Below, piece by piece: positions 14,098-28,534 of a stretch of DNA of 64,000 bases. The notes under the pieces were generated by a model. That model did not search any database. It was not told the origin of the DNA and saw only the letters and a list, made by a program, of their open reading frames with translations. Each line of letters opens with the position of its first letter. Position 1 is the first letter of the stretch. The stretch comes from Octopus vulgaris. Taxonomy: Eukaryota. The DNA is taken from contig OX597826.1 in assembly GCA_951406725.2 (NCBI GenBank), positions 57,536,001 to 57,600,000 of the forward strand, given 5' to 3'. The translations under genes and the position numbers were made by a program.

Positions 14098-14684
14098 GGA
14101 CAATGCTAATACAGGTGGACTATTTTCTGACATGTACAAAAGACACACAAACACATCTCTTCTCAAAAGTGTCTTTCTCAAAGACACTCACCAGTATATA
14201 AATTTCATCACCAATGCAGTAAATTGAGTATCAAAAACTTCAAAAGTGCAAAAACATAGACAAATGATAAGCACAATTTATCCCTGACAATGCCAACAGC
14301 ATAGTACTTCTACACCTCTATGCACACGTGTGGGTTCAAAGAAAAAATAATCTTTCTACACAATACCAACATCTCTGTACATCCAGTTATAATTTCTACT
14401 TCACACAAAACAGAAGATAAATGCAGATCCAAATCTACCAATCTTTTCGTTAGCTTCCAACTGTGTAAGAGTACAAATTATAACGGTAATCATATCAATC
14501 TTCACTGCATTTACCATCATACCATCTGTGTGTAGTAGAACAGACAAGACACTAGACTGGATGCAGCATGCCCTGACTGTCATACTGCATCCCACACAAT
14601 CAATCATAAAATTGGTGGAGAACACAGCATGGTCTAAAAGTTAATCAAGAATAGAGCACATTTTGTATGTGCATGTGTGTGTGT

Positions 14685-14738
<54 letters not shown>

Positions 14739-15285
14739 GCGTGTGTGTGTATACGTGCTTGTACAAGTGAGATCTATTGGTTGCCCTCTAGCTTTCAACT
14801 TTTCAATTGCCTATTTCTGTGGTGCATATCTGCCCAGCTAAAACATTGGCCAATCAAAACCTACGACCACAATAAAAGCTAGCTTTACATATAGAAATAT
14901 GTAGAATGATGATGATTATTCTACAATAACACCAATTAATTTCCTACAGATTTCTACACCCCATTGTGAATTACCAAGACTAATATCACAACAATATAAT
15001 ATAGCACACTACTTCAGCAAGAAGGCTGCTGCCACAAACCTCTACCATCCACTTTGCCAAACGCCACCACTAAACATTGTTGTTGCTGTTTCCAGGAACA
15101 TAACAATCACTACTGTCATAACAGACAACTACCACAATAAATCACAATGACAGTTTCTCTAGTATGAACACTGTCCCCAAGTGTGATGACAACAACTGCT
15201 GTCGCCACCACCAAAACCACCACCGCCGCCGCCACCACCACTGCCACAGCCGGCGCCGCCGCGGGTCAGTGGTAGTTTAATTTTA

Positions 15286-15495
15286 GTGTTCTATAGAGGG
15301 TTAGTGGAGGGGTAGTGCGACAACATTCTTGGAGAAACTCTTGATGTCGACAAGGATCAACTTACTGGTCTGTTTCGGAGAACTTTTGGGCCTGGGCCTA
15401 TGGATATCTTCCAGAAATCCATGGCTTGGCAGTGCTACCGAGGAGTGCTGCCCATTCAGGATAAACTTTACAGGCACGGAAGTGCCGTCAGCCAA
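15286..15495 (+). pseudogene. L1/Tx1-like LINE ORF2 fragment (region just before the C-terminal zinc knuckle)
   Basis: Plus-frame translation VFYRGLVEG*CDNILGETLDVDKDQLTGLFRRTFGPGPMDIFQKSMAWQCYRGVLPIQDKLYRHGSAVS resembles the 'AW...LP..DKL..HG' segment of L1/Tx1 ORF2. It has an in-frame stop. Confidence 0.7.
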
Positions 15496-15831
15496 GGGTT
15501 GAATTGTTCAACTAAAAATGGTGCTCCAGCATGGCTGCAGTCAAATGAGTGAAACAAGTAAAAGAATAAAAGAATATCTATTACTAACACTCTCTCAAAC
15601 AGTATCATTAGCAACCATACTAGAACCCCCTGCCAAAACAGCACTACTATTAGCTATAATCCTTATACTCTCACCCACCCTATTACCAACAGCAGTACTA
15701 CAACCACTGAGGATCTATGTCACCAAAATACGGGTATTCACATCACAGTGATTACTGTCTTTCTTTCCCCCATTCTTTGAAGTGGCTTAAAAATTTTCTG
15801 GAGTTTCTAAAATCAAACAGTATTGTGTGTT

Positions 15832-15921
<90 letters not shown>

Positions 15922-16888
15922 GTTGTGAATAGAATTTATGGAATATCAGTAAAAGACAGAAGAGAAGGCACTGCTAAATGTTACACTTAAATTTATGTCA
16001 GGCCAATAACCATGAAAGCAGGTTTGAGTTGTTGAGAATAAACTGGAAATGTCTAAGTAGCAGTGGTAGTTCTAGTGACAACTATATTGTGATTTTGTAG
16101 GTTCCTATAATAAAGATGGGGATTTTTATGGTGTTCATAATACAACGATTGGAGAAAGGCAGTTTTCGCAATCAAAGAAGGGTTAATTTTTGACAACAAA
16201 GCTCTCTAGACATAGGAATTAAAAAAAAAGAAATTCATATTCAAGTACCAGGAAAACAGAGAACAAACAGAATAAGATCATGACAAAAATGTCTTTTCTC
16301 TTGGGAATAGTGATGGTAGTGGCAGGTGGGAGCAACATTTAGAGACTTGTACAGATACAGTGAATGTGTGAGATAGTTAGAGAGATAGAGAATAGAAAAG
16401 ATAAACCAACAGATAAGCAAAGAGAAAGTATGTGTGTGTGTGTGTGTATGTGTGTGTGTGTGTGCATGAGAGAGAGAGAGAGAGATGGAGTTGAGTAAAA
16501 GTGAGAGAAAAACTGAGACAATAGAGAGAATGTGAGAATGAAAAAGATGGAGTGACATATTTCTTGAGGAAATTAAAATTTTAGCAAAAGAAGAGAATCG
16601 ATTATATATATACATATATATATATGTATATGGAGAGAGAGATTATATGTAGACACATATATATATCTATGCATATGCCATTTATTTAAAATGCCCGAGG
16701 GACAGTTAGCAACAGTTGAAATTAGCAATAATGATGAGTCTGTTCATTCCTGCCATTACATCAGGAAAAAAAAAGAAGCCAAAAGCATATAAATATATAT
16801 ATATATATATAGCTGAAACCCTCTAAAACAGAGATAAAAAGATAGGGGAATAGGAAGATGATAAAAGGTAGACCAATTTTCCTAATTA

Positions 16889-16937
<49 letters not shown>

Positions 16938-16998
16938 AGTAGTCGTGGTAGTAGTGGTAGTGGTGGTGGTGGTGGTGATGGTAGTAGTAGTGGTAGTG

Positions 16999-17030
<32 letters not shown>

Positions 17031-17088
17031 CGTGGTGGTAGTGGTGGTGGTGGTGATAGTAGTAGTAGTGGTGGTGTTGGTGGTGGTG

Positions 17089-17144
<56 letters not shown>

Positions 17145-17145
17145 T
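16889..17145. repeat. Compound (GTA)n/(GTG)n trinucleotide microsatellite
   Basis: Directly visible; explains the poly-V/T/Y/H ORFs. Confidence 0.97.
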
Positions 17146-18244
17146 GTGACAGCAGCGGCTGCTACTGCTGTTGTGCATGGTTCGAAGGTGTAAAAGTAAA
17201 AAAAAATTAACAAAGGAAACTACTAAATAATGATCAACGTTGTACATTGAAGTTGCATCATTATTAGCCAGCAAAAATTACACCTGTCAGTCATTATTGC
17301 TAACAGCAGAACCAATGATTGTTATTAAGAAATTTGTACTTAAAATGAAGAATCTACATTTTATATTTGTCTCCTCTTCATTTTCATCTCCTCTACCATC
17401 TATCTATCTTACTGACTATAATCTCTCTATCATGTCCTATATCTCATTATCTCTCTGTCACAAGGCAAAATTTCTCGAAACAACGTAAGATGTGCAGAAT
17501 TCCTCCTGATAAATTTATAATTCAAGTTTTCAATAAGCATTAACATGTAACTTCCTGAAATTCTGTACAAGAGGAAATCTGCGGAGGACTTGGTAGGAAA
17601 CATTATCTGAGAAAAGATTGTGTATTTTCACATTTGCAAAGATGCAGTCTTAGCGAGAATAATCATTAACTTTAAAAGAGAAATGTTGGTTATTTTGTTT
17701 TGTCATTTTTCTCATCTATTTTCTTTCTTTTTCATCTTCATCATTCCTTATTAGAACATTAATAATCATCTTCACTGATTTTGTAGATAGTTTACCTAAA
17801 CCTACAGTAGTATTAGCTCAGAACCGAATCCTCAAGTTGAAATAAGCAATACTTTTAGTGCATTCCCATTATCAACCTATAAATGCTAACAACATGTTAA
17901 CATATGCTGTTTCATAGAATACCATTCCATTTGCATTTTGATGCAAAAAATAAATAAATAAATAAATTATGATAATTCTATTTCATGCAAGAAAGACAGA
18001 GATGTACGAACATCTGATAAGAACAGATGATGTGGACAGAGAGAAACGAACAGTAAAGTGAGAGAGCGCAAGAGAGAGTGTGTGTGTTTGTGTGTGTAGG
18101 TAAAGAGAGAAAGATATAGAGAGTAGATGAGGTGAATGAAATGAGAACTTGAATAAAGGTAATGAGATTAAGATCTAAGTAAGTGATATGTTGATGAAAA
18201 GACAGGTGGAGATAGGCTGTGTCAGAAGAAAGATAAAGAGAAAA

Positions 18245-18277
<33 letters not shown>

Positions 18278-20421
18278 GAAACAGAGACAGAGAAAGATGT
18301 TCTTCCAAATGCTAGCAAACAGTGATAATTACGTTGTTGACTGTTGTTGGTGTTCAGCCCCTGGTTAACCATGGTAGAATAGACAGACCTATGATAAAAA
18401 GCATTCCAACCATGACCATACTTTACCATTTTCTCTTTTTTTTTTTCAAAGGCAAGTGTACTCATCAGTTACTGTCATTATTTTGCAGGAAATAAGTATG
18501 AGAGTATTTAAAGGGCCTATATGTTTTGAAACTAGGGGCTTATATGTATTTAATTCAGCTAATTCCTTATAAATTTGTAAACTTGGTTTAATTATTGTTG
18601 TTATTTTGCTCCAAAAATGACCCAATAGAGCAACCCATGATTAAAAGGCCTTCAAGCCATGTCCATCCCATTGATTCATCCACCAGAAACAACATTATAT
18701 TGTCTAATATATCAATCTTTAAATCAAACTTGTAGAATTTGGTTTGAAGGGTCACTCAAAGGGAAGTTTTATAACCTAATATTTATGTGAATGATTTCCT
18801 GCCGACACCATCAGTCTTCTCCACATTCTCTTAATGATTCTCATTCCTCATTCTTCACTCATAGCTTCACTATTTCAGAAAGAAATAGAAAGATTAAAGA
18901 GTGACTGAATGAGGAAGGACATCAAAGAAGTTCAATATTACACAAATGTATTTTCAAATCTTACTTTTACTGATACTACTACTCTTTATCAAATCCATGC
19001 ATTTCTTCAAATACTATCCCAATTCAACTTGCTGTCTTTCTCCATCTCCATCTCCATTATTGACAAACAATAAACAGGACGTGGTGTGGAAAGGGATTTG
19101 GCAGCTATTACTCAAAATAAATGTTATACAAACAATTCAGACTCACTAACAATAAAGTTTTTGTTTACCTTCTCTGACCTTGAAAGAAATTTAAATAAAT
19201 TAAAAATTTGCCTTTTCAACATACTGCACACCTATTAACTTTGTTATCCAAATTCATGCAAAATGGCCCTTTTGAAATATTTTCTCTTAGCTTCTTTTCA
19301 TCTTAATTATGGAAATTACACTTGACCAAGAAGGTATTCAACTATACTCTATATGTCAAATGTCTAAAACCTGTTCAGAGCTCAGAAGAGCAATGCTATG
19401 CTGATGATGTCTGTTAAGGTAAAAACATATATCTTAGGCTTCTCTTGTTATTGGAATAAAAATCAGATTGTCTTTTTCATGTAGCTCATTAATAATGATA
19501 ATTCTCCACAGATCTAATTTTTGCAATTACCTTCCCTCATTCCCATTCAGTCACTAACAATCACTGCTAATTTTTTTTGCTTATCTTCTCAAAATTCAAA
19601 GGAAATTTTAATAAATAAAGAATTGTGAATGCCATTCAGTATACACCCAACATCTGCTTATATTTATGTGTGTGTGTGTGTGATATGATGTACTTATATA
19701 TACACATATATCTACATATATGTATATTAACAAATTTTAGAAGTAGCATTTAAGATTGTTTCCTATTCTTCCACATATATAAGCATATTATATGCGTATG
19801 TGCATGTACACATAAGTACATACACACACACACATAAATATACCCCTATCTCTCTTTTCCGTCTTTTTCTATCTGTTTCCATAAATAAAGCAACTCGACA
19901 TAAAGTAGTTAGAGTGTAGATAGAGAGATGTCTTTTCAAAAGCTGGAGATTATCACCCAATGTGTGATAAGTAAAATATGTTCAAATAATCTTTCTTTGA
20001 AAATTGAATCATTGTTTGATGTTATCAGAAATTTTGTTATAAACTGAAAGACAAAGCTTCTTTTTACTGTTTTTTTTCAACCCAGCAGAGATATTTTGAA
20101 AAGCATTTTGTAGCTAAGGATTATTTTTGACAAAATTCAGAGATAGTTGGAGAAACAGGAAGTTTAAATGTGTATGTGTGTGTGTGCGCGCGTGCAAGCA
20201 TGCAAGCACACACATACACAGAGGGATTTCTGAAAGCTCAAGTTAAATTGGTTGTTATATGTTTTCATGTATGTTTATTTTGAATAAGTTAACCGAGTGC
20301 ATATACCTGTTGCTGCAGGAGCCATAAATAATCCATATACTGATTATGAGTTACTTTGTATATGTATTTGTATAATTGTATAGAAATATCAACTATTTAC
20401 TTAGGTCTATTTATTAATAAT

Positions 20422-20474
<53 letters not shown>

Positions 20475-20497
20475 CATATATATATATATATATATAT

Positions 20498-20612
20498 CAC
20501 CATGATCCCCGTGACCGACCAAGCTATCAGATGTTGCTATACATCGCTGCTCACAGTGCGCTTCGCATTGTTTTAGCCTTCAAATGACGCCACCCCGCTA
20601 GCTAAGCAAGCA
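20498..20612 (-). mobile_element. 3' tail fragment of the CORE-like SINE seen at 21180-21470
   Basis: CTATCAGATGTTGCTATACATCGCTG...TTTTAGCCTTCAAATGACGCCACCCC matches 21197-21270. Confidence 0.65.
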
Positions 20613-20625
20613 GGCCATATATATA

Positions 20626-20887
20626 TTTGCCTTCACCTTTGAAATGTAGAGTAGATGAAACCATGGCGACTGAAGAAGGGGTTTTTTCCTTGTGTTATTT
20701 GTCCTGTACTCTATTTTTTTGTTGTTTAAGAAAAATGTCCAGTTCCTTGGGTTTGTGTCTATGTTTTCGTCTCTCATTGTGTTCGACGTTTTTTTTTGGT
20801 GTCCTGCACTCATATATATGCATGTATATATACATGTAGAGGTAGGTACGTACATATATGTATATATATATGCATATGTTTTATTTA

Positions 20888-20890
<3 letters not shown>
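20626..20890 (+). mobile_element. Short element embedded in (TA)n, possible Penelope-like pLTR remnant
   Basis: Unique-looking, T-rich segment flanked by TA repeats. It begins with a possible 3' half of a hammerhead (CCTTT-GAAA-TG-TA-GAGTAG). Confidence 0.35.
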
Positions 20891-20939
<49 letters not shown>

Positions 20940-21047
20940 ACTGGAGCCTGGTGCAGCCTTCTGGCTTCCCAGATCTCCGGTCGAACCATCCAACCCATGC
21001 TAGCATGGAGAACGGACGTTAAACGATGATGATGATGATGATGATGA
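20940..21047 (+). mobile_element. Family C 3' end
   Basis: CTGGAGCCTGGTGCAGCC...GGACGTTAAACG(ATG)n within (TA)n. Confidence 0.88.
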
Positions 21048-21179
21048 TATATATACACATACACATACATATAAACATTAGGGTTTAAAATCAGAAGGGT
21101 ACTCAATACATACAGAAAAGTTTATTCAGCATCCTCAGCAAGAAATGAACAAATATATATATATATACATAAATATATA

Positions 21180-21470
21180 TCACTGTATCAACCAGACTAT
21201 CAGATATTGTTATACATTGCTGGTCACAATGCTCTTCACATCGTTTTAGCTTTTGAATGATGCCACCCCACTGGCTAGGTGAGCAGACCAACATTCCCCT
21301 GATTGGAAGGTTAGTCCATAGCAGAGTTACCCATTTATAGCTGAGTGGATTGGAACAATGTGACATGAAGTGTCTTGCTCAAGAACACAATGCTGCAGCC
21401 AGTCTGAGAATTGAAACCACAATCTCACAATTGTGAGTGCATCATCATTAACCACTAGGAAACAACTTCA
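21180..21470 (-). mobile_element. CORE-like tRNA SINE, diverged
   Basis: Minus strand: CCTAGTGGTTAA...GGTTTCAATTCTC head, then TTGTGTTCTTGAGCAAGACACTTCATGTCACATTGTTCCAATCCACTCAGCT. Confidence 0.7.
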
Positions 21471-21930
21471 CACATACATGTGTATATACATACATGCATG
21501 CAACTCCATAATGTTGGTATCACAATAAATCCACCCAGGGCACTCTGTAAAGAGGTAGGCACTAGGTAATACATCTAGACATAGAAATAAAGCCTAAATT
21601 GAACTATACAAGTAAAATGTGATCTTCAGAGCCATCTAAGAGAGTAGTAACTCTGAACAGGAACTGACTGAGATTATGATGATCTATCCAACCCATACCA
21701 GCATGGAAAACAGATATAAAAACAATGATTTGATGGAATCATTATAGCATCAGAAAAATGCAGTATTTCTGTCAGTTTTTCGTATTCTGAGTTCAAGCCC
21801 TGCCAAGATCAACTGTCATCCTTCTGGAGCCAATAAAAAGAAAATACAATATTAGTCAAGTAGTGCAGGTAAGATAACATCAACTCTACTTTCTCTTCTC
21901 AAAATTGCTGGCCTTGTGCCTAAATCAGAA

Positions 21931-21986
<56 letters not shown>

Positions 21987-22208
21987 GGCAGTGTCCTGGC
22001 AGAATTGTTACTGCAGCAGACAAACTGCTGAGTGGCATTTCTTCCAGCTCTTTATGTTAAAATACCACCATGGTTAACTTGCCTTTCATCCTTACAGGTT
22101 TAATAAAATAAGTACTAGCTGAGCACTTGAGGTTGCTGGTGGTGATGAAATTGACTTCCTCATCTGCTCAAAATCACTGGCTTTGTGCCAGAATCGTCAA
22201 GGATAGGT

Positions 22209-22255
<47 letters not shown>

Positions 22256-22481
22256 TACATTGATATACTCCAACTATTGTCTTCATTTTGGTTGTTGCAT
22301 TCACAATGGTTTAGCTGTCATATACTCCAACTTTCTTTGGGTATCAGATGTATAGCGATGTCCTGCAATTTTAAACCAGGCCCTATATTCAACCAACCAA
22401 GCTAGACTTCTCTTATTCTGTTATCCTTGCAATTTCATACTTGTGATGCTATTTGCTCATTCAACTTGAAATAAAGTGTAT

Positions 22482-22649
22482 ATAGGCGCAGGAGTGGCTG
22501 TGTGGTAAGTAGCTTGTTTACCAGCCACATGGTTCTGGGTTCAGTCCCACTGTGTGGCACCTTGGGCAAGTGTCTTCTACTATAGCCTCGGGCTGACCAA
22601 AGCCTTGTGAGTGGATTTGGTAGATGGAAACTGAAAAAAGCCCGTCGTA

Positions 22650-22705
<56 letters not shown>

Positions 22706-22920
22706 TGTGTGTGTTTGTGTGTCTGTGATTGTCCCCCTAGCATTGCTTGACAACCGATGCTGGTGTGTTTATGTCCCCCGTCACTTAGCGGTTCGGCAAA
22801 AGAGACCGATAGAATAAGTACTGGGCTTACAAAAAAGAATAAGTGCCGGGGTCGAGTTGCTCGATTAAAGGCGGTGCTCCAGCATGGCCGCAGTCAAATG
22901 ACTGAAACAAGTAAAAGAGT
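22482..22920 (+). mobile_element. SINE family A (full length)
   Basis: ATAGGCGCAGGAGTGGCTGTGTGG...GAAACAAGTAAAAGAGT. Confidence 0.94.
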
Positions 22921-23387
22921 ATAGACATAATAACCCAGGGATTCAACACTTGACATTTACATTCACAGTGTCTACTGTGTCTTGTAGAACAATTACTTAA
23001 CGGAAATTAGAAGCTTTAAGCCAAACTTTTGCTTATTGTTTTTGTTATCTTAGGTTTTCTGTTATCTTTCTTAAAGGCTCCTATTGTGTTTATCTTCATG
23101 CTACAACTACTGAGGTTATCAGAAGGGGCATCTTATCTTGCTGCATTATTCCCATGGTATTATCTTGTCTTTATTCCACAAAAGTTGGTGAATCCCCTTT
23201 TTTTTTTCCTCCACAAATGATCGCTCATGCCTGATTTTCTGTTTCCTCTCTGATTATGGCTCTTTGATGTTCCCCTCGCCTTACTTTCAAGGGGCTGATG
23301 TACTCACCAACCATAAGTGCATGGGACAAAAATCCCATGCATATATGTATTGATGTGCGTGTGTCTTTGTATTTGTGTGTGTGTATG

Positions 23388-23420
<33 letters not shown>

Positions 23421-23422
23421 TT

Positions 23423-23809
23423 ACTCTCTCTTTACTCTTTTACTTGTTTCAGTCATTTGACTGCAGCCATGCTGGAGCACCGCCTTTAGTCGAGCAAATC
23501 GACCCCGGGACTTATTCTTTGTAAGCCCAGTACTTATTCTATTGGTCTCTTTTGCCAAACCGCTAAGTGACGGGGACTTAAGCACACCAGCATCGGTTGT
23601 CAAGTAGGGGGACAAACACACACACATACACATATATACATATAAACGACAGGCTTCTTTTAGTTTCCGTCTACCAAATCCACTCACAAGGCATTGGTCG
23701 GCCCGGGGCTATAGCAGAAGACACTTGCCCAAGATGCCATGCAGTGGGACTGAACCCAGAACCATGTGGTTGGTTAGCAAGCTACTTACCACACAGCCAC
23801 TCCTACGCC

Positions 23810-23811
<2 letters not shown>
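23423..23811 (-). mobile_element. SINE family A (full length)
   Basis: Colinear family A copy inserted in (TA)n, inverted relative to 22482-22920. Confidence 0.93.
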
Positions 23812-23841
<30 letters not shown>

Positions 23842-26552
23842 TGCATCTCTCAACAAATAGATAGTTACATAATCTTGAATATTTACAATAACATTCAGTG
23901 AACTGAACTGCTATTAATCTTCCAAATCAGTCAGATTGATTATTGGGCCGAACTGGGGTTAAATAGCAGTAACTTTTGTTTTACAAGTTTAAAGCCTTTA
24001 AGGAATTCAAAAATTGAGATGATTTATTTTCTTAATAGTTTCAATAAAAATATTTTCTGAAATTGTCTCATCAATTAAATGAAATAATTTTAGTTTATTT
24101 TTAATATGATGATTTGCATTATCAAATTCTAAACTAAATGGATTATATCACTGTAAGATTTGTACAGTGTATAATAAATCTGGAAATAAGAATTTTTCTT
24201 TCATGTATAACTTTGAAATAGAAACTAACTGCAACAGAAGCTGGTTGGTATTATGAAAAGAATATTTGTAGCAAAAGAAATTGGCAAAAATAGAAAGATT
24301 GTATGAGAGAAAAAGAGAGAGAGAGAGAGGTGGGAAGTTTTCATAGTAAATCTGTCCACTTTATACTAAAAAAAATTCTTCGTATTTATGTTCAGAATAG
24401 TTTTCATATATAAATCTTAGCTTTAATAAGAAATTCACAAAATATTTTGATGGTTAAAAACAAAGAGATTTTCAGCAACTTGAAATATCATTCACACTAA
24501 AAAGTCATTATTCACGTTAAGTAGATTTATCATTGTGGCAAGACACTGGAGCTAATGCAGTTGTAATTGGCAGGGGAAATTAACATAAGAGATGTACAGA
24601 TAAGAATATGTATTAAAAGTATTCTCACATTCACAGCTCACTAAAAATGAAGCTTTTAAAAGTGTGAGAATGACTAAAAACCTCTGGCATGAATATATAA
24701 CATTAGAGAAGTACTCACATTTTCAAGACAAAATTAGTGGGGAGCAAGACAATAAGAGGAATGAATCAAGCCATTGTAGAGATGTTACCGCTCACTTACA
24801 TGATAATACCATTTGCCGAGGGAAGTGTACAAGAATAATTTAGACAAATCTGAATATAGGGAATAAAAAGCGACCAAAGTGCCATAGCTTTGCAACAGTC
24901 ATTTGTTATGGATATTTAATGAAATTCAGGAATTTTAGGTTGGCCAAGGTTTATTTAATATACATGCCTTCAAGGTGCAGGTGACATTAAATCTTGTAGA
25001 ACAACTAACAGCATTGAATTCAATAAAGAATGAAGTATTTGTCTCAGGAAAGAAGCTCAATGCCTCGAAAGTCTTTGAGTGAGATTAACTTTGTGTTACA
25101 CCATCACTTATGGTTCAGGGGTGACATATTTCTTGAATTTGTCATATCATGAATAAACCAAAAGATGGTTTCTTAGCTCTTAAGAGAAATGTTATAAAGA
25201 AAAAAAAAAGAAAGTAAAAAAAGTGAAGGAAAAAAATCTAGGAAAATGCAAGAAATTAACAAAAGAAAGGACATATGAAAATGAAAAATGGAGACAGGGT
25301 TGGTGGTTGGTATAAAGAATGATAAAAATTAATTTATTATTAAACAGAAAATCTAAACAAATATATACGATAAAACATACAGACACCATGGGTAAAGGAA
25401 GAGAATAGAAACCAAACCTAAAAACAAAAGCTAAAAATATAACAATATCACAATAATAATGATAAAACAAAACGAAAATTATATATATATATATTATAAC
25501 ATTAATGATATTGACAATGATGATGACCATAATGATGACAACAATAAATAACATAACAAAAACTATAAAACACTCCTGAAAATTTGGTTCATTTGGGCCA
25601 CTATAAATCTTGAATAACGAATACGGGATAAAATTTTAATCTTCCACAGAAATGAATGGGTTGAATGACAAAATCTAGAACACCCTTGGTTTTGTCATCA
25701 TTAAATCCCTCAAGAAGTGGAGGGACAAATTCTAGTAACAAACAAAAAGGGGAAAAAAAAAAAAAGGTTTTGCTTGCCATTTGAATTGTATTTTGTTTAC
25801 TTATTTATTTTACCATTTCCACAATTCAGAAAATCCTGACTTGCAAAAAAGATTATACAATTTTCTTTAAACAATAATTTTGAAGCTTAACACCAATAAA
25901 GCTTATTTCTGATATCACATGAATCTAAACAAAACACATATGTACAACTTACTGATTTGAAACACAATTTGAATAACTAAAATAAAATATAAAAATAGTT
26001 CTTATCTGCTGTACTGATTATTAAAAAAAAGAGGGGTGAGGCTAAGGTAAATAGGTCAGGAAAAAAATGATCTAGTAAACAGTTTTTTAATGTTGCTGAT
26101 GAGATAAATTATATTATCACATAAATGTCAGTATGATATGTTTTGTTATTATATCACAGATTTGATATTTGAGTCATTCATCTCCATCTGACATCTAAAT
26201 ATAAGAACAGTAATAAATACACAAGTTCATATAAAACTATATTCTAAGTTGTGCAAAATATTCTCAATCAGCAAGTTAGTAGCGTGAGCAATAGCTTTGA
26301 CTGTATTGCGGACACCACAAAAGTTATGTATGAATTTCAAGAGAAAATTATTTGTTCACTCCCTCCTGACAATCAAAACGAATTTATTGGTTATGAACAC
26401 ACACATACACACACACACACACACACGCACACCATACACACACTCACTCACTCACTCTCTCTTCACTTCAAGAGATTGAGGAAGTTCACATAGTAGGAGT
26501 ATAAGTTTTGTTTTTGCTGTGGTGGTGGTGGTGGTGGTGGTAGAGCCTCAAA

Positions 26553-26780
26553 TCTATTTCTTTACTACCCACAAGGGGCTAAACACAGAGGGGACAAGCA
26601 AGGACAGACAAAGGGATTAAGTCGATTACATCGACCCCAGTGCGTAACTGGTACTTAATTTATCGACCCCGAAAGGATGAAAGGCAAAGTCGACCTCAGC
26701 GGAATTTGAACTCACAACGTAACGGCAGCCGAAATATCGCAAAGCATTTCGCCCGACGTGCTAACAATTCTGCCAGCTCA
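26553..26780 (-). mobile_element. SINE family B (near full length)
   Basis: Minus strand: GAGCTGGCAGAATTGTTAGC...GAGTTCAAATTCC, core GAGGTCGACTTTGCCTTTCATCCTTTCGGGGTCGATAAATTAAGTACCAG (resembles the MetaSINE Meta domain). TSD CTCAAATC. Confidence 0.92.
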
Positions 26781-27004
26781 AATCAGTTTAGCTTGCATAG
26801 ATCCATGGCAAATAGGATGACAAATAGGCAAAAATACTAAATGTAACCCAAAAGTCTGTGGTTCCAGAAAACACTCACAACTTAGATGTATTGCTGTTGC
26901 TAAATTAACCAAACACTACAAGCAAGAGGAGAATAACTGAGCAGAATAAATAAAGCAAGATGAGTATAGCTGAGCAAGATATATACAGATGCACAAAATG
27001 AATA

Positions 27005-27302
27005 TCATCATCATCATCATCATCATCATGGGTTGGATAGTTCAACTGGGGTCTGGGAAGCCAGAAGGCTGCACCAGGCCCAGTCTGATCTGGCATTGTT
27101 TCTATGGCTGGATGCCCTTCCTAACGCCAACCACTCCATGAGTGTAGTGGGTGCTTTTTACGTGCCACCGACACAGGTGCCAGGCGAGGCTGGCAAACGG
27201 CCACGGTCGGATGGTGCTTTTTATGTGCCACCAGCACGGGGGCAAGGCGAGGCTGGCAACAGCTACGATCGGATGGTGCTTTTTATGTGCCACTGGCACG
27301 GA
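27005..27302 (-). mobile_element. Family C element with ~62 bp internal tandem units
   Basis: (CAT)n tail, GGATGCCCTTCCTAACGCCAACCACTCC, then about 2.5 units of GGTGCTTTTTAYGTGCCACC...CGGAT. Confidence 0.88.
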
Positions 27303-28534
27303 GTATATGTGAGGAAAAAGAGAATAATTGAGCAAGGAGTATAGCAAGGCAGAGGAATATAGCAAGCAAAAAGAGCATAGGTGATAAAGTAGAGTATAGT
27401 TTATCATAAAAAGTATTGGTGAGAAAGAAGAATATAGTACAGCAACAGGAATAAAGTTGGATAACCAGGTTTCCAATACCAGGACAAGTAATTATAGCTA
27501 CTTTTATCTGTTTATATTTCATTCACGATGTAAAGAAAAGATTATAGTTTATTAAAAGGAATTGTTCTTACTTACACTAAAATGTCTATAATTTTTCATA
27601 ACTCCACCTCAACTACAGATATGTTTAACAAAGATGCCTATATGTAGTTGTACAACCTGCTAGAAATGCCCACAAAATCTCTCTCAAATCTCAAACCACC
27701 ACCTCAGATAAACACAGAAGATGGCAAGATGTAGTCCAACGTACCCTTTAGAAAAACCTAATGGACACTAACGGCTGGAATGTCTTTGATTGTAGGTCTG
27801 TCCAATGAGTTTGATGCGAGGGTTAGATAGCAACAACAGCAACAACAAAAGTGAGAAGCATGATTCAATTATATTTATTTGTTCAAAGACTCAATTCTTG
27901 CATATTCATGGTCAGATTGCAGAAGGTTTAAGAGTATGAGTCAAAGTACTTATTAACTTTAAGTATATCTTTTTACAAGGATATGTATTTATCTTTACCA
28001 TCATTATCATCATTATCATCAACATCATCATCATCATTATTATTATTATTTCCTATATAAAAATCGAATGAAAAAATAGAATCACCCTTTGATTATAGGA
28101 TTACAGTAGCTAGGTTGGTGTGATTATTCAATAACAGTTGAAGTATAAAGTGATTGTAGAAAGAAGTGCCTTTGATGCAATTATGTCTTGAGATTCAAAC
28201 AGGTTGGACAGGTATATAAACAAATAAATGTATTCTCTCCAGCAATTTATCCAACTTAATTTGAAATCCTATTCTGGAAATCGAAGCTAATGATTATAAA
28301 CCATATAATTCATTTTTCTTATAGTCACTTTATGACATGGACCACAGCAATATCAAGTTGACAGGCTATACTTAGTAGTTGGAAGCTTGCTCCAAGCTAA
28401 TATCAAACTGCATGTCATCTACATACATACATATATATATATATCTTCATGCATACATGTGCACAGGCACAGAGTTGCCTCTTAAAATTTTCACAAAATC
28501 ATAGGTGCAGGAACTTTGAACTTTGGAACTTATA

